A stretch of 64,000 nt of DNA from Fimbriosthenelais zetlandica (lineage: Eukaryota). The notes under the pieces are model-generated. The model did not search any database, was not told where the DNA came from, and saw only the letters and a program-made list of their open reading frames with translations. The position numbers and the translations under genes are program-made. The stretch lies in assembly GCA_977030845.1 (NCBI GenBank), contig OZ365113.1:2604001-2668000 (forward strand), written 5' to 3'. Shown piece by piece: positions 1 to 11,094 of the stretch; positions within the stretch are counted from its first letter, which is position 1, and every line of letters begins with the position of its first letter.

Positions 1-43
1 GTTTTGCTGGTATATTTAAAGACATTACAATATTTGCTTCCAG

Positions 44-1625
44 ATGGTCTGTGACGCTGAAAGAATCTTCACATACGTCTACCCGGTTATGCCGGGGGGC
101 GTGCATGATTCTTATGCCTGGAGGTCCAGCGAGCTGTATGCCGGACTCCAGCAGGGCTACGGCCAGAACTTCCACCTTCTTGGTGATTCGGGGTAGGTAT
201 CATAATCAACCTTAATTTGAACCCTGCACATGACCTATCCCTGTTGAATAAATTTGACAATATAATTTCTCCCACATGATTATTTCATTATATTTGTAAA
301 GGCTGAACAAATTATAGAACTTCAAACTTGTAATCTCTGCATATTTAATACACCCCCAACAGGGAGTCTCCATAGAATTAACATTAACATAGAGAGTTTA
401 TATTAAACCCTGGGTACAATACATGACTAGAGATGGACATTCTGATTGTCTCTAATTATTTCTTTTCCTCAAGTATCAAAACTAAATGTAGAAAATGGGG
501 TGAACACACTGCATTCACTTATGGGAAACAAGGCGGGAAGCGCCTGTGGTGCTCCCAAGTGGAAAAAATGTGAACTATCCCTCACTTTCTACTGCACATT
601 TAATGAAATATAATATTGTCGTTTATGATTCATTGGCATGGTTTTTATAATAGAAGTTCTATAATTCCAGTTTTGCATCAGAGCGATTCTTGCTTACTCC
701 CCTGCAACACCCTGTGACCCCAGAAGAAAGACGCTACAATGCCGCCCACATGACGACCCGAGCTACTGTAGAACGTGCGTTTGGGGAGTTGAAAATGAGA
801 TTTAGGTAACTATACTTTCTTCTACATAGACATACACACGAGTGTCACAGACTATGAAAGGCCTCATCACATTCATATACTTCCTATGAATTCCTATATT
901 TACAGACGATTCTTATATATTCCAATAATATATTTAGGAAATATTCGTATATTTCCTGTAGTTTAGATTATAAGCACAAATTTTCTAATTATGAGATGTG
1001 GGTGAAGTATCAAAAAATAGGCTGTAATGGTGTGCTACCGTAGCCCTAAAAAGCTAGTTTTTAATAAGTGAATCACACTGGCGGACTCGTGCGTATATGA
1101 TTATGGACAGTCCCATTTATATTTTTATGTTCAAATTTTCGGGAATAGAAAGTTTCTCATTTTGATATCAAGTACTGCTACATTTTAATATTTGTTATTG
1201 ATATTATATATTTTGTTGTTGATAATTTTATTATATCATTAAAAATTGACATCAACCTAAAGGGTTAGTTATTACCCATTGAAGCATAACAACACTATAA
1301 TTGTAGTTAATGTTATTCGCTGAGGGGACATACACCATATTAACCATATTTATTGTTATATTTAATAATCTTATTTTTATACAGATGTCTGGATGGATCG
1401 GGTGGGTACATTCAGAGTAGGCCACAAATCGCAAGCCAAATGGTGTTGGCCACCGCGGGGCTCCATAACCTTGCTCGGCGGAGAGGTCTCCCAATCATCC
1501 AAGATGAGCAGCCACAGGCAGCCAGACCTCCCGTCGAGCAGCCACCACAGGTCGCCGCAGACCAGCCACCCGCCCTGGCTGCACTTGACGTCCGTCATCA
1601 AGTCATCCAAACATTCCGCGTATAG
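44..1625 (+). CDS. Harbinger (HARBI1-like, DDE_Tnp_4) transposase, 3' exons only
   Basis: Exons 44-192, 671-805, 1385-1625, all GT-AG and phase-consistent. Translation: MVCDAERIFTYVYPVMPGGVHDSYAWRSSELYAGLQQGYGQNFHLLGDSG/FASERFLLTPLQHPVTPEERRYNAAHMTTRATVERAFGELKMRFR/CLDGSGGYIQSRPQIASQMVLATAGLHNLARRR... The HDS, LLGDSG, YNxAH and VERAFGxLKxRFRCL motifs are typical of Harbinger transposases. Confidence 0.93.
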
Positions 1626-1842
1626 ATTCATTCTTTTCTTTCATTCTTTCATCCATTCATTCATGCATGTATTCATTCATTCATTCATTCATTCATTCAT
1701 TCATTCACTCATCAATCCTTCCATTCATTCACTCTCTCTCTCACTCACTCACTCACCTATTCACCCACTCACTCCTCACCCTTCATTCACTCACCCCGTC
1801 ACTCATTCACTCACTCCTCACCGACTCATTCACTGTCTCCTG
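1626..1842. repeat. (TCAT)n/(TCAC)n microsatellite directly 3' of the transposase stop
   Basis: Runs of ttcattcattca and actcactcactc are directly visible. Confidence 0.9.
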
Positions 1843-2454
1843 TAATATAATCTAATGTCACAAGGTCAATAATTACAATTGTATATATTAATAGAATAAT
1901 TTTATTTAATTTATCGCAAGTGTATGTACAAGTGTATGTACTGCGTATGTACTATGTATTGCGTTCTGTACAAAAATTGTTAATATTTTACATTTTTACA
2001 ATTCATAATAATTTTATTTATTAATAATTATGTAATATCATAGAAATAAGAGTTAACAAATCATTCTATAAATTATACTCATTCAATAAGTTACATTCAT
2101 TCAATAAATACTGGTTAAATATAAAAACGTTTATGCCTAATTCTTTCCTTTCTTTTTCCTTCCTCCTTTTGTCCCTCCTCTTTCCTTCTTCTCAATCTTG
2201 AAAAGAGATAACGTATCTATATGTCATATAATATGTAGTAATGGGTGGGGTTATTAGGGTCACTAGTATTGTTAGGATAAATTAGGATACATTAAAAAGG
2301 TGCTTTGTATTCAACAGGTTTTATGATTGACACCATATATGAGTTGTGTGTTTGCATTATACATTATAGGATTTAGCAATGACTCAATGAAAAAGTAAAT
2401 TCAGTTAAGAAACATGTAATGTCCGTTCATCAGAAGTAGAAAAGTGCCTTACCT

Positions 2455-4355
2455 TTAGGCATTACGTTTTTGGAGCAGCTGGATGATGACTTTCTGTCCA
2501 GCCACCAGCTGCTCCAGGAGCTCCTCCACACGCGATGTGGGCACTGATGTATCTGCTGCATCACGGGGAGGGGCAAGGGTAAGGACAGCTGGACCAAGGG
2601 CTGCTGGAGGGGCTAGGGCAAGGGCAGCTGGAGGAGGGGTGGGGGCAAGGGCAAGGACAGCTGGAGGAGGGGTGGGGGCTCGACCAAGGGCTGCTGGAGG
2701 AGCTAGGGCAAGGACAGATGGAGGAGGGGTGGGGGCAAGGGCAAGGACAGCTGGAGGAGGGGTGGGGGCTCGACCAAGGGCTGCTGGAGGAGCTAGGGCA
2801 AGGACAGATGGAGGAGGGGTGGGGGCAAGGGCAAGGACAGCTGGAGGAGGGGTGGGGGCTCGACCAAGGGCTGCTGGAGGAGCTAGGGCAAGGACAGATG
2901 GAGGAGGGGTGGGGACTGAGGCAGTGGATGAAGGAAGGGAAGGGCTATGAGGTCGGGGTGGGGAAGGGGCTGCACCCCCTTCATATAGTTGTAGTGGCAT
3001 GTGGGTGTCGGTAAATAAATCGAACATGGGCAAATCATCAAAATTAATTGTCGACAGTGGTGGTGGTATTTGGGGTAGAGGGGAGGGATTGGGGCGGGGT
3101 TGAGTCTGGAGTAGAGGGTGAGATCGAATCTGGGGTAGTGGATTGACTTGGGTCTGGGGTGGAGGGTTGACTTGGGTCTGGGGTGGAGGGTTGACTTGGG
3201 TCTGGGGTGGAGGGTTGACTTGGGTCTGGGGTAGTGGGTTGACTTGGGTCTGGGGTGGACGGCGGTCGGTACTCCATGGCAGAGAGGATCCTCTGGCTCC
3301 ACTAACCCCTGGAAAATACAAAGGACTTTGATAAGATTATGTTTAACATAAATCTCAGACTGACAATAACAAAATATAACTACATTACTGGCTCCATAAT
3401 GAACAAAGGATATTTATGTTTGCCAGAGGCCACACAACCATGTACATAAATACAAATCTCCCATCTGTTTACTGTTGTCTGCCTGAGCGAGACAGAAAGT
3501 GCATATGTTCCTTGAGTATAGTCGAGAAATTAATCCCTTGCGGTTAATGGAAAAACATTTGTATGAAAAGCATATTATGAAGATATATATTTATACCTTC
3601 AACGCTGACCTCCCCCGAAAAGTGCAGGGCCATCGCCTGCAGTTCCGTCAGCCTGTCTTTGGCAGTTATGCCTGGGGCCCCCGTTTTTCCAAACGCTGCT
3701 TTGTTCTCGAGATTCTGGAAGTATGGACCACATTTTATTGTCAATAATCACTGTTAACCTTACATTGTTCTTACAATGTTCTGATGGCCATATTACAAAT
3801 AATTACCTTCATCCTCGTGTTAGAGGTGAAATGCCTCAACTTGGACTGGACCTGCTTTAGGTCCCTTCGCACATTGGAAACGGCATTGACAGCATCTGTT
3901 AAGAGCCAAATATATTATATTGAATACCGTACATTGTTCTTTTTGTTGTGAAATCTTAAATTAGAAAACTACGGTATCATAACTGGCATTCTTTTACTAC
4001 ATGTTCCGATAGGCATCATCAATCAAAGTGCAATCAAAGCATGAGGTTTTTTTCTGATGTTTTCTTGTAGCACCCCCTAGTTGTTAGCCACCCAACCATT
4101 ACGCACTCAACCCCCCACCCCGACTCCCACTCCCATCCCCACCAAAAACCATACCTCACCTCTATAGTCTCTCAATTTGGTACAAGATTTGTGCTTACCG
4201 AGTATTTCTTGCCATGCAAGATTTTTTCTCATGTTCGACCCTCCAGGCCCATTATGGGAGCCCCTTAATGTCGATCGCCTTTGCAAGGCTGCATGCATGA
4301 GGGCATGTGTCTCCTCTGCTCCCCAGTTATCGCTGCGTTTCCTTTCAGTTTCACC
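2455..4355 (-). CDS. Myb/SANT-like DNA-binding protein of the Harbinger element (second transposon gene)
   Basis: Exons 4355-4199, 3895-3807, 3714-3597, 3308-2455, GT-AG and phase-consistent. N-terminus GETERKRSDNWGAEETHALMHAALQRRSTLRG...RKNLAWQEIL/DAVNAVSNVRRDLKQVQSKLRHFTSNTRMK is a trihelix/MSANTD pattern, followed by a Pro-rich repeat region and the C-terminal helix VEELLEQLVAGQKVIIQLLQKRNA*. A possible first coding exon is 6791-6777 (MVGKK, phase-0 GTAAGT donor), tentative. Confidence 0.85.
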
Positions 4356-6885
4356 CTGCAAATAGGGGAACAAATATATAATAATTATGACGAGGTTTTC
4401 ATGGTGAGGTTTATGCATATAACTGTCGGGAAGAAATATATTTGTAATGAAATACATTCTTTTTTTTTGACATAAATCATAGCTAAAATATGGTGTACAA
4501 GGCAACACACTAAAATAACACGGTCACCTGGAATCAAGGCCTAGTAGGCCTACCTAGATAGAAATGTAACTCCAAATTGTTAGCATAAATTTAGTGTTAA
4601 TTAAATGTAGGCCACTGATTACGTCTATACTACGACTACTGACGATGTCAAACTTGCTGATTCTATATGTTGCTGAAAGAAGATTACCATTAGAATACGT
4701 GGGATAAATAATTTTGGGGGGAATATGACACCGCATCTGTTGTAAACAAGTAATTTGGTGGATGCCAATGAAAAACGTTTTCCCCACGTAGGGCGTAATT
4801 TAGGTTTCTGCCGTACGCTTGGCCTAATGCAGGTGGTTGGTGGGGGGGGGGGGGGGGGGGGGGGGTTGCTTAGTCTAGTCTCTAGGTTTTTGAACACCAC
4901 TAGGCACTACCAGGCCTAATCGGAACCCCCTGTGGACAATCCTTGGTCTTTAATGAGCCTCCCTTTGTTTAAAAAATAGGCCTATAGCTATAGCCTATAG
5001 TAGGCCTATATAGCCTAGTCTGATAGGCCTACGCCTACGGTATTGTAAAATGAAATAATTATTAATCTAGATACATTAAGCCAATTAAGCTCACTATTAG
5101 TACCGGTACCATAGCCTAGGCCTAAGTGTAACACTACAGATGAAGACCTACATTTGGTCATAGATTGGGTGTAGGCCAAGTGTTTCCATGATCACCACTC
5201 CATGGTCTCCAATCCATGGTCACCACTCCATGGTGACACCATGGCTTAGTAACGTGAGATGACGTTATGTAATTACGTCATTGCTACGTCATTTCCCAGT
5301 GAAAACTTCAGCTATGCCGAAGTCGGCCATGAGGGAAAAAAACAGGCTAAATATTGGAGAATCTTGTTTAGAAGCCCACGATACAGATAGGACCCGATTA
5401 TTTAAGATTAAAGGTCGGTATTTTAAAGTCCTAAAACTATTATTTTGACAGCACCGTCCCCAGCCCTGCCCCGGGCAAAACACAAGACAAGTCACAAGAC
5501 AAGTCACAAGTAGACTAATTAATGATAACGTAGGCTATCTTCCCAAAATGTCATTAGTTTGTCATGATTTAATTCCAGAAATTATCAAACATTTTGATGA
5601 TTTCAATGATTTTCAAAGATTACCACAGAGGGCCGGGTATTTTCTGATTAATTAGTCAATCTACCCGGAGATGACTCCCACCACGTCCTTACCCCACTAC
5701 CGGTATGCCTACTCTGGCTCTGCCCCATACCCAGACACAGTTTTCAGGCATTGAACAATCATTCATCAATTAACAAGCAAATGCATGTCTTGGTTCAAAC
5801 ATTGGCACAAAACATGGTGATGGGGCGAATACAGACTAAAATAACAGGGTCTAGATAACCTACAAATAGAAATTTAGGCCTACATGTAGCCTAGGCTATA
5901 TTAGTATTATGTCATTATGATCGGCCCCTTCTACTTAGAAGACCTAGCCCTAGGGTTGCACAGGCTCCACTCAGCGTCTGTTCCTGAAATAGGGATGGAT
6001 ATTCTATCTAGCCTACATGCTGCTACATAACAATTAAATCGTCAATTCTTGCATTTCCCTCTTCAAATAATATTGATCTAATTGATCAGTGACAAGTCTA
6101 GATGTCAAAGACAAACTTGCTGAGTGTTTGTTGCTGAATGAAGTGACAGGAAGAGTTAGAACTAAGAGCCTAAAGAGGGAGGCCAATGATCTTGGAATGA
6201 TTTTCAGTTTGGGAGTGGGACAATCCCATGGCAAAATGGATAGAAATTGACCGAGGCTACTGCAAGTACAGCTGGCATTGTTATTTTTACACTTGACAAG
6301 TGACTTGTCAGTACATGGCACCGCTGGTAGTGCCTTAGTGGTAGCGCACAAGACAAGACCGACAAGTGGGCGTGGCCGTGGCCAACCCCTGTCAATAGTC
6401 AGTGGCGAGTTACGGCAGCTAAATACTTTTGTTTTCTCGATATTCTAACTTGTATAACGGGTATTACTTATATTATATTTCATTAAATTATTTTCTATTT
6501 GTTGGTGGATGTAAGAAAAATCAAAAAGAGCCGTACTCTTGTCAGTTTTGGTCCATTGGTCAACTTTGCACTGCGAGCGAGCCTCTACTCTATGTGAATG
6601 TCAATATAATCATACAAACTTCAAAGTTTCACCACCGCTTCTCACCCTTATGGGCAAAAATGAGTCAAATTACAAGTACATATATTAAGCCGGCTTAATT
6701 TTCTTTCCTATGACCTATCATCGAAGCATACTGGGGGGATCATTTGATAATTATTAACAATTTTATCAATACTTACTTTCTTTCCAACCATCTTCGGCGT
6801 CGTCTGCTTGTTGACAGTGGAAATGACGTCATAGCGGGGGTGTCGCGTGAAATTTGCGCCGCGATAACGTTTCTATGCCGACGGA

Positions 6886-7053
6886 TGTCCTAACTTGGGA
6901 CATTCGCTAAGACACCGAGCCGAGTTTACGCACGCTGTCCTATCTCATTATAAAATGGTAAGCCGATTTTGTCCTAGCAAGATGTCCTAGCTTATCCTAA
7001 TTTAAGACACGTTTCTAAGGATTTTGTCCTATCCATTATGAAAGGGGCCCCAG
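6886..7053. repeat. Harbinger right terminus: subterminal TGTCCTA motifs, TIR and CAG target-site copy
   Basis: TGTCCTA at 6886, 6936, 6970, 6983 and 7025. Terminal 15 nt (7036-7050) read GGGCCCCTTTCATAA on the minus strand. CAG at 7051-7053. Confidence 0.7.
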
Positions 7054-10000
7054 GATTTAACGATAGAAAATACTCAGTACAAAAGCTCCACACCAGTAAG
7101 CTAGGAAAACTCAACCTCAACCCAAAACAGTACTATACATTCTTCCGTAAGTACTCTAGAAATCTTATGCTTTTTATTCAGGGCAATCGAACGGTACTGA
7201 AGTTAAACTAATGTCTTTCTACTAAGTGTCAATCTATCATGTAAAAAACTTTTGACGAAAGATACGCATTAGCTGGAACAGTCTAGGAACTTAGCTTAGG
7301 TCTTAGCCTAATAGGTCAAAAGAGTTCTAGTCATCGCATAAGGTGCTGCTAAATATAACAGCGGAGTAGAGAGGAACTAAAGTCTTTCTGGACAACATAA
7401 ATATCGGTGATACAGCCGCTTTAAGTGTAGGCAATCAAATCTTAACAGTAACATGCATATTAAACAGTGAACTAAGCCTACATGAAAGTGAAACTCGTTG
7501 GACTTCCATCAAAACCATCAATCTCTTCGGTAGCTCCCAGGCCTTGCACATCGTTTAACCATCTAAAAATAAGAAAATAATCATATTGTAAGAGAATTCA
7601 TCAATACGTATAAGACCTATATCCATGCCAATGTACAAACAAATAAGATAGAATATCTTTGTCTCTTAATCGTATTGCAGCCCACACCCCTGATAATAGT
7701 TTCCTTGGATTTGCTGTGCCCAAAGTGGAAACCAACCACACACTGAAGGAGAATATATCACTTTTATACGGCAAAGATCCCACCTACTTCCAGGTATGAA
7801 CGAGGGAGATCCTTTATTTTAAAATATATTTCTAAAATATATACCTTAAAACTTTTAAATGTAGGCCTACATCAATATTGACCTGTACCCAAAATTGATC
7901 CAAATCTTTACTTTATTCATATGGTTCTTTATTTTTAATTCCAGGAAAAGGAACATTTTATTCATAAAATCGGAGCGGTGTTCCCAGTGCATGCCACTAC
8001 AGGGATGGGTCAGCTGCACGGAGTGGTAAACCATGGTGTGCTGACAGGCCTGGAGTACAGAAAACTGATGGAGAAAACGAAGGTAACAAATAATACCAGT
8101 AATCTATCTGTTACCATCCGTACCCAGTGCTGCTAACTGTGTTATAAAAGGCCAGCCATGTCTCCCACTCTCTGTGGTGAGAAGCATGTAAAAGCCCACC
8201 CATGTCTCCCACTGTTGGGTATGTAAAATGCCAGCCATGTCTTCCACTGTCTGTGGTTAGAGGCATGTAAAATGCCAGCCATGTCTTCCACTGTCTGTGG
8301 TTAGAGGCATGTAAAAGGCCAGCCATGTCTCCCACTGTCTGTGGTGAGAGGCGTATAAAAGGCAAGACATGTCTGTATTTGCCATTTTTAAGGTCTTTCC
8401 TTTACCACAGGTGATGTTGGGAGTAGGTCTGCCGGTAGAGAGCTCTGGAGCCCTGGAGGCTATAGCACGTGGTATGGCTTTCATACAACCAGTCCTGCCA
8501 GTCAGCCAGTCAGATAAAATAATGGAGGGCAAACCCACGACAAGAAAGGTAGGAATAAAGCTATATTACAATGTTTTCTTCAATCTGAAATATCTAAGGG
8601 TGCAAGTTAGAATTCTGATTTGATTTCAGGATATTTTCATTATTATTATTTTCAAAATTGTTCCATTACAAAATTTCAAGATCCTAAGAAGACTTATAAT
8701 CTTTGTATGTACAATATACACTTATAAGCTAGAAAGTCATGGGTTCAAATTTCGCTGAAATCGCAATCTTTAAACAAGAAAGTTTTAAGCCAATATATTT
8801 TGACTTCATCAATTTAGAAATGAACTTGTCGTAAGAAAGGTTGAGAAAGTTACATAATTTTAAGGAGAGCCTAAATGTGTGATATTTAAAAAAGTATTGG
8901 AGTAATGTTGAAGGTATATCTATGATTTATTTCTGATACAGTTGACGAGCCAGGTACCGTACCTGGAGAGGTTTATGGGACCACCATACGTGTACACCAT
9001 CGACGAGAATAACGATCAACAAATTAACACAACATTACAAGCTATACTTCACACAAAGGTAAGCACTCCTCCGCACATACTCATCCTAACATCAAATATT
9101 AAACGATACATGGATACATGGAATTGTGAAAATCATAAAATGGCACATGGCTTGACAGTTGTGGAAATCATATAATATAATATAATATAATATAATATAT
9201 GGTTATTCCGAATTTTGCCCTCTTTTTCCCAGTTTTGAAGAGTTCCCCATTTATGACTGATTTTCCCACTATCTTCCCCATTTTAACCACTTTCTCAGCA
9301 TTGACCAATTTTTCACATTTTCTGATCATTACTTCCGATTTTTCACTGATTTCCGTTTGATTTATACACAATTTATTAACTTATTTTTTCAATTTATCAA
9401 TTGTGCCCATTTTAACTATTTCCCACTTGTTTTAAGCTGAGGGCCTTCCTTCCCCGGGAGTTCAGCATGGAGGGAATGTTAGAGAGACTAGCTGTTTTAT
9501 TTGAAAAACAGAATTTCTGTGATCCTGAAAGTCCAATCTGGCCACCTGTGTCTGAGATGAAAGTTACTGTGTCAAAGACAGGCGAAGACTGCATAGACAC
9601 CTGCCACGCCCAAGGCAAGTATAACGTCACTGATTGATTGAATCACAGTTATAAGTTATTTTTGGGCTATGATCTATAATTTCCATATATCCTATCTATT
9701 GGCGGCAATGGAGATTATGCCTATATTAATCAGAAAGCGCACCTGGCAGTGTGAGTGACGTCATTGATCCCCAGATCTACAGATGTTTTCTTGGAATAAA
9801 TATTCTTCATTTTTTCACCCAATGTATCTCAGGATAAATAATTGAAGGTGTTTTGTTTATGCAACACTACATTATACTAGCATTTTCTTCCCCTTTCATC
9901 AACATTTGCTAATAAATTCCACACTATTTTTATGTTACAGGACTTGTTTGTGAACCAGCATACTTTCCAGAAATCAATGGCGACCATTTCAAAAGGTAAT

Positions 10001-10579
10001 ATACTGGCGCAACACTGACACATACATCTCAATACCTGGCTTCTCTGTAAAGCTCTTTGAAATGGATGACTCGTTATTTCTGTGAAATGTGCTTTGAAAC
10101 TACCAGATAACATTCGCTGAAAAATACTTCAATAATTAATAAGTTGCTGACAGTCTCTGTCAACATTTCTATGAATTAATTTATGTTATCGTATTTTTTG
10201 TCACAATCAGTGGCCATACGTCCGGTTTTCATGATAAGTCAAGCCAGCCATATCACTCTAATTTGCATCTCTATACAACTATATCGGGTTCTACTCTGCT
10301 AGCCTATATAACGATATCGAACTCGGTGAATTATGGATGAAAATACTTTAAAATGATTTCTATGTTTTTTGCAGGTTGAATATTTCTTGTGTAGAGACAG
10401 TCAGAGAGAGTGACATCTATTATCCTGCTGTGGTGCTAGACACGGGAATATGTAAACTCCAGTCTACCCCAATATTACACAGCTGTGCTGGCCGACAAGC
10501 TGGACTTGTCCGAGTCTGTCCCTGTAGACAATATATTAAATACCAAGTGGGCCTGTGCAAGACATGCCTTCAACCTTAA
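7051..10579 (+). CDS. MGAT5: MGAT5-like alpha-1,6-mannosylglycoprotein 6-beta-GlcNAc transferase (GT18), 3' part; first exon here is truncated by the Harbinger insertion
   Basis: Exons 7051-7146 (partial), 7681-7793, 7945-8082, 8411-8548, 8942-9058, 9437-9614, 9941-9995, 10375-10579. Motifs GKLNLNPKQYYTFF/PHTPDNSFLGF, GKPTTRK/LTSQVPY, CEPAYF and RVCPCRQYIKYQVGLCKTCL match MGAT5 (GKWNLNPQQFYTMFPHTPDNSFLGF; RVCPCRDFIKGQVALCKDCL). AATAAA at about 10615. Confidence 0.93.
8145..8373 (+). repeat. 44-bp minisatellite array (about 5 units), MGAT5 intron
   Basis: Unit GTAAAAGGCCAGCCATGTCTCCCACTGTCTGTGGTGAGAGGCAT. The same family occurs at 41547, 46043 and 55697. Confidence 0.92.
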
Positions 10580-11094
10580 AATTACAATACCCAAACTTGT
10601 ACATACTGAAACCGAATAAAAACTGATATTTTGTTACAAAACTCAATGATTGTTACAATGGATCCCTTAAAATATTTCTGTAAGTTCCTCCATATCTTCA
10701 CTTTTCAAAGTATTCAATTGACAAATCAAAATTAATTCCCAATAAGTATACCAGATCAACGTTTTGTATTAATTTTTATTGAAACATTGCAAGTGAAAGT
10801 CGGGAATTTTTTGTTCCCCTCACCCTCTGAGAGTGGTTACAGAAAATGCTGCCTAGTTCAGTGAAAAATAAATAAAGTTTCATTTCAATCTTCATCTATA
10901 AGCTTCTAAGCTACAACGATATATTTTTGACAGTGGATATATTGACCCTCCAGGATCAAACAGCAATGAGTGATTATAATATACAACTGGCATCAGGTTT
11001 TATTCACCATCGTTTACTGGTCCAATGACGGTCAATTCACTGGACCATTCTAGTTACTCAGACAAAATATTGTCAGTCTCAATTAAAAGTCCAA

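Larger units (their letters stand above)
1..7050 (+). mobile_element. PIF/Harbinger DNA transposon, autonomous two-gene type; left end lies upstream of the window
   Basis: Contains a Harbinger-type DDE transposase (+) and a convergent Myb/SANT-like gene (-). Ends at 7050 in ...TTATGAAAGGGGCCC, followed by CAG (CWG-type 3-bp target site). Subterminal repeated motifs lie at 6886-7031. Host MGAT5 coding sequence resumes immediately after the end. Confidence 0.88.

Noticed and set aside
2483-3331. Plus-strand Gly/Ala-rich and PDPSQPST ORFs
   Set aside because: Antisense or alternative-frame shadows of the repeats in the Myb-like last exon.
4838-4866. Long poly-G/poly-C runs (also about 27001, 27371, 41370, 56520)
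   Set aside because: Homopolymers with no further structure; their length is unreliable in assemblies.
6034-6395. ORFs inside the Harbinger element as a possible third transposon gene
   Set aside because: No recognisable motif in any frame and no convincing splice sites.
8145-8373. Regularly spaced repeats superficially like a CRISPR array
   Set aside because: Units are contiguous with no unique spacers, the DNA is eukaryotic, and no cas genes are present.
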